A DNA stretch of 64,000 nt, taken from contig CAJINV010000004.1 in NCBI GenBank assembly GCA_905178155.1, positions 3,187,014 through 3,251,013 on the forward strand, written 5' to 3'. Below the pieces are notes generated by a model. That model had not been told where the DNA came from. It ran no database searches and saw nothing but the letters and a program-made list of their open reading frames with translations. Positions 62,913 through 64,000 of this stretch are shown here, one piece after another. This stretch comes from Amoebophrya sp. A120 (taxonomy: Eukaryota > Protista > Dinoflagellata). The translations under genes and the position numbers were made by a program. Position 1 is the stretch's first letter. Each line of letters opens with the position of its first letter.

Positions 62913-64000
62913 GATGGGCTATTATTTGTAGTCGGAAGATTGGATCAAGTACTCGAAGCTCGTCGTGGTGGCGGTGCTGGGGGGAAGATGACTAGTTTGT
63001 GTTTTGCTCTTGGTCGTGAGGAAACTACACCTGCATATCAGGCATTGAGAGGGAATAACAAACTGAAGCCTTCTAATCTACCTCAACGAATCAATATCTC
63101 GCTGTAACATCATTCTTCACGGGTGTGGGTGGTCAAATAAACAGGGATTCATCGGAGAAAATACTTATGCAATAGTCAGGTGTGACTCCAGAGCTTGCAA
63201 GCCATACTCGAAGCCTGTTTCATCAAAGTGGAAATCAGATTTTCACTAATTGTAGCATTCGACGTCTACGCAGCAGAAGATTGTAAGTAGAGCACACAGC
63301 ACGGCGTGTTTGCGAAAGAACGATATCGGAGGGACGTACGGAAAAGTGATATTTTGAACGATGTTAGGAAAATTACGGACGACACAAATATCAACCGAGG
63401 GAGAAGATGTTTCAAGCAGAGCCGATTTTCCACTTACGCTGTGTCAACCGAGCTATTTTTTTTTTTTCGTGCAACAAGGAGCTTCTTAGTGTTGAAAGTC
63501 CAACAACCGAAACGGATTTGAACGATTAGCGCGAGATGGAGAGTTCAAAACGAAATAGTTTTACGTCGATGAAACCTCAACCTGTCCTGTCACAACCGAG
63601 ATTGCAATGATGCTACAGCACCGAGACTGGTGAGGACATCCAGGACGATATGTTGCACCGCGCGTGCCGCGCGTGCACTCGCATCCGCAAAATCATCCTG
63701 ATTGATCAGAAGCGTGACAATCAAGCCATGTAGTTGCGCGTAAGAATGGTGAAGTTCTATTATTTGCTTCGACAACAACTTCAACTATCAAGTGTACATT
63801 TCCTTCCCGATGCTACTTTACCTCGGGTGCTACTAACTTACTTACTCGTTCTTCACAACCTTTGCCTTTTGCTCGGATGAAGGGCATGATCAAGCTCCTC
63901 CTCCTTCCGCCCCATCTCGTCCGCCGCATGAAGAAGATCCTCTTCACTAGAAATTTGCAGCGACGTGTCAAAAAGCGACACCATGACGTTTTTCAATTTT

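Noticed and set aside
63787-63800. Family D-like terminus TATCAAGTGTA
   Set aside because: Only an 11-nt match, with no partner end or TSD.
1-64000. tRNA/rRNA genes, dinoflagellate spliced-leader relics, telomeric repeats
   Set aside because: None recognised by eye; a covariance-model search would be needed to exclude them.

Overview
Eukaryotic, gene-dense genomic DNA with one 527-N assembly gap (16047-16573). Essentially every credible gene lies on the minus strand, and the genes mix ordinary GT-AG introns with many non-canonical ones. This architecture, plus an apicomplexan-style MGAC-start PKG, points to an alveolate and most resembles Amoebophrya-like Syndiniales (inference). Recognisable genes: PKG 5' end, a J-domain protein, a PPGG-repeat (Jupiter/SPIRAL1-like) protein, a DxD glycosyltransferase, a PDZ protein, an MFS transporter, a P2X-like channel, a kringle-containing membrane protein, a divergent kinase, an exostosin/GT47 and a CNNM transporter. 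The main signal is a set of 20 MITE-like 'introner' insertions (98-317 bp, about 7 TIR families plus one degenerate copy). All follow one rule: 5-bp target duplication + TAT...ATA termini + terminal inverted repeats, and most carry internal GCAT(G/C/T)ACAAA motifs. All sit inside coding sequence, occur in either orientation, and restore the reading frame when the element plus one duplication is removed. Also notable: a 1056-bp insert with a 45-bp target duplication splitting an ORF, a 24-unit 68-bp array built on a perfect 26-bp palindrome, a perfect 22-bp hairpin, and a nested GC-rich satellite block around the gap. Gene models were assembled by hand and boundaries are approximate.
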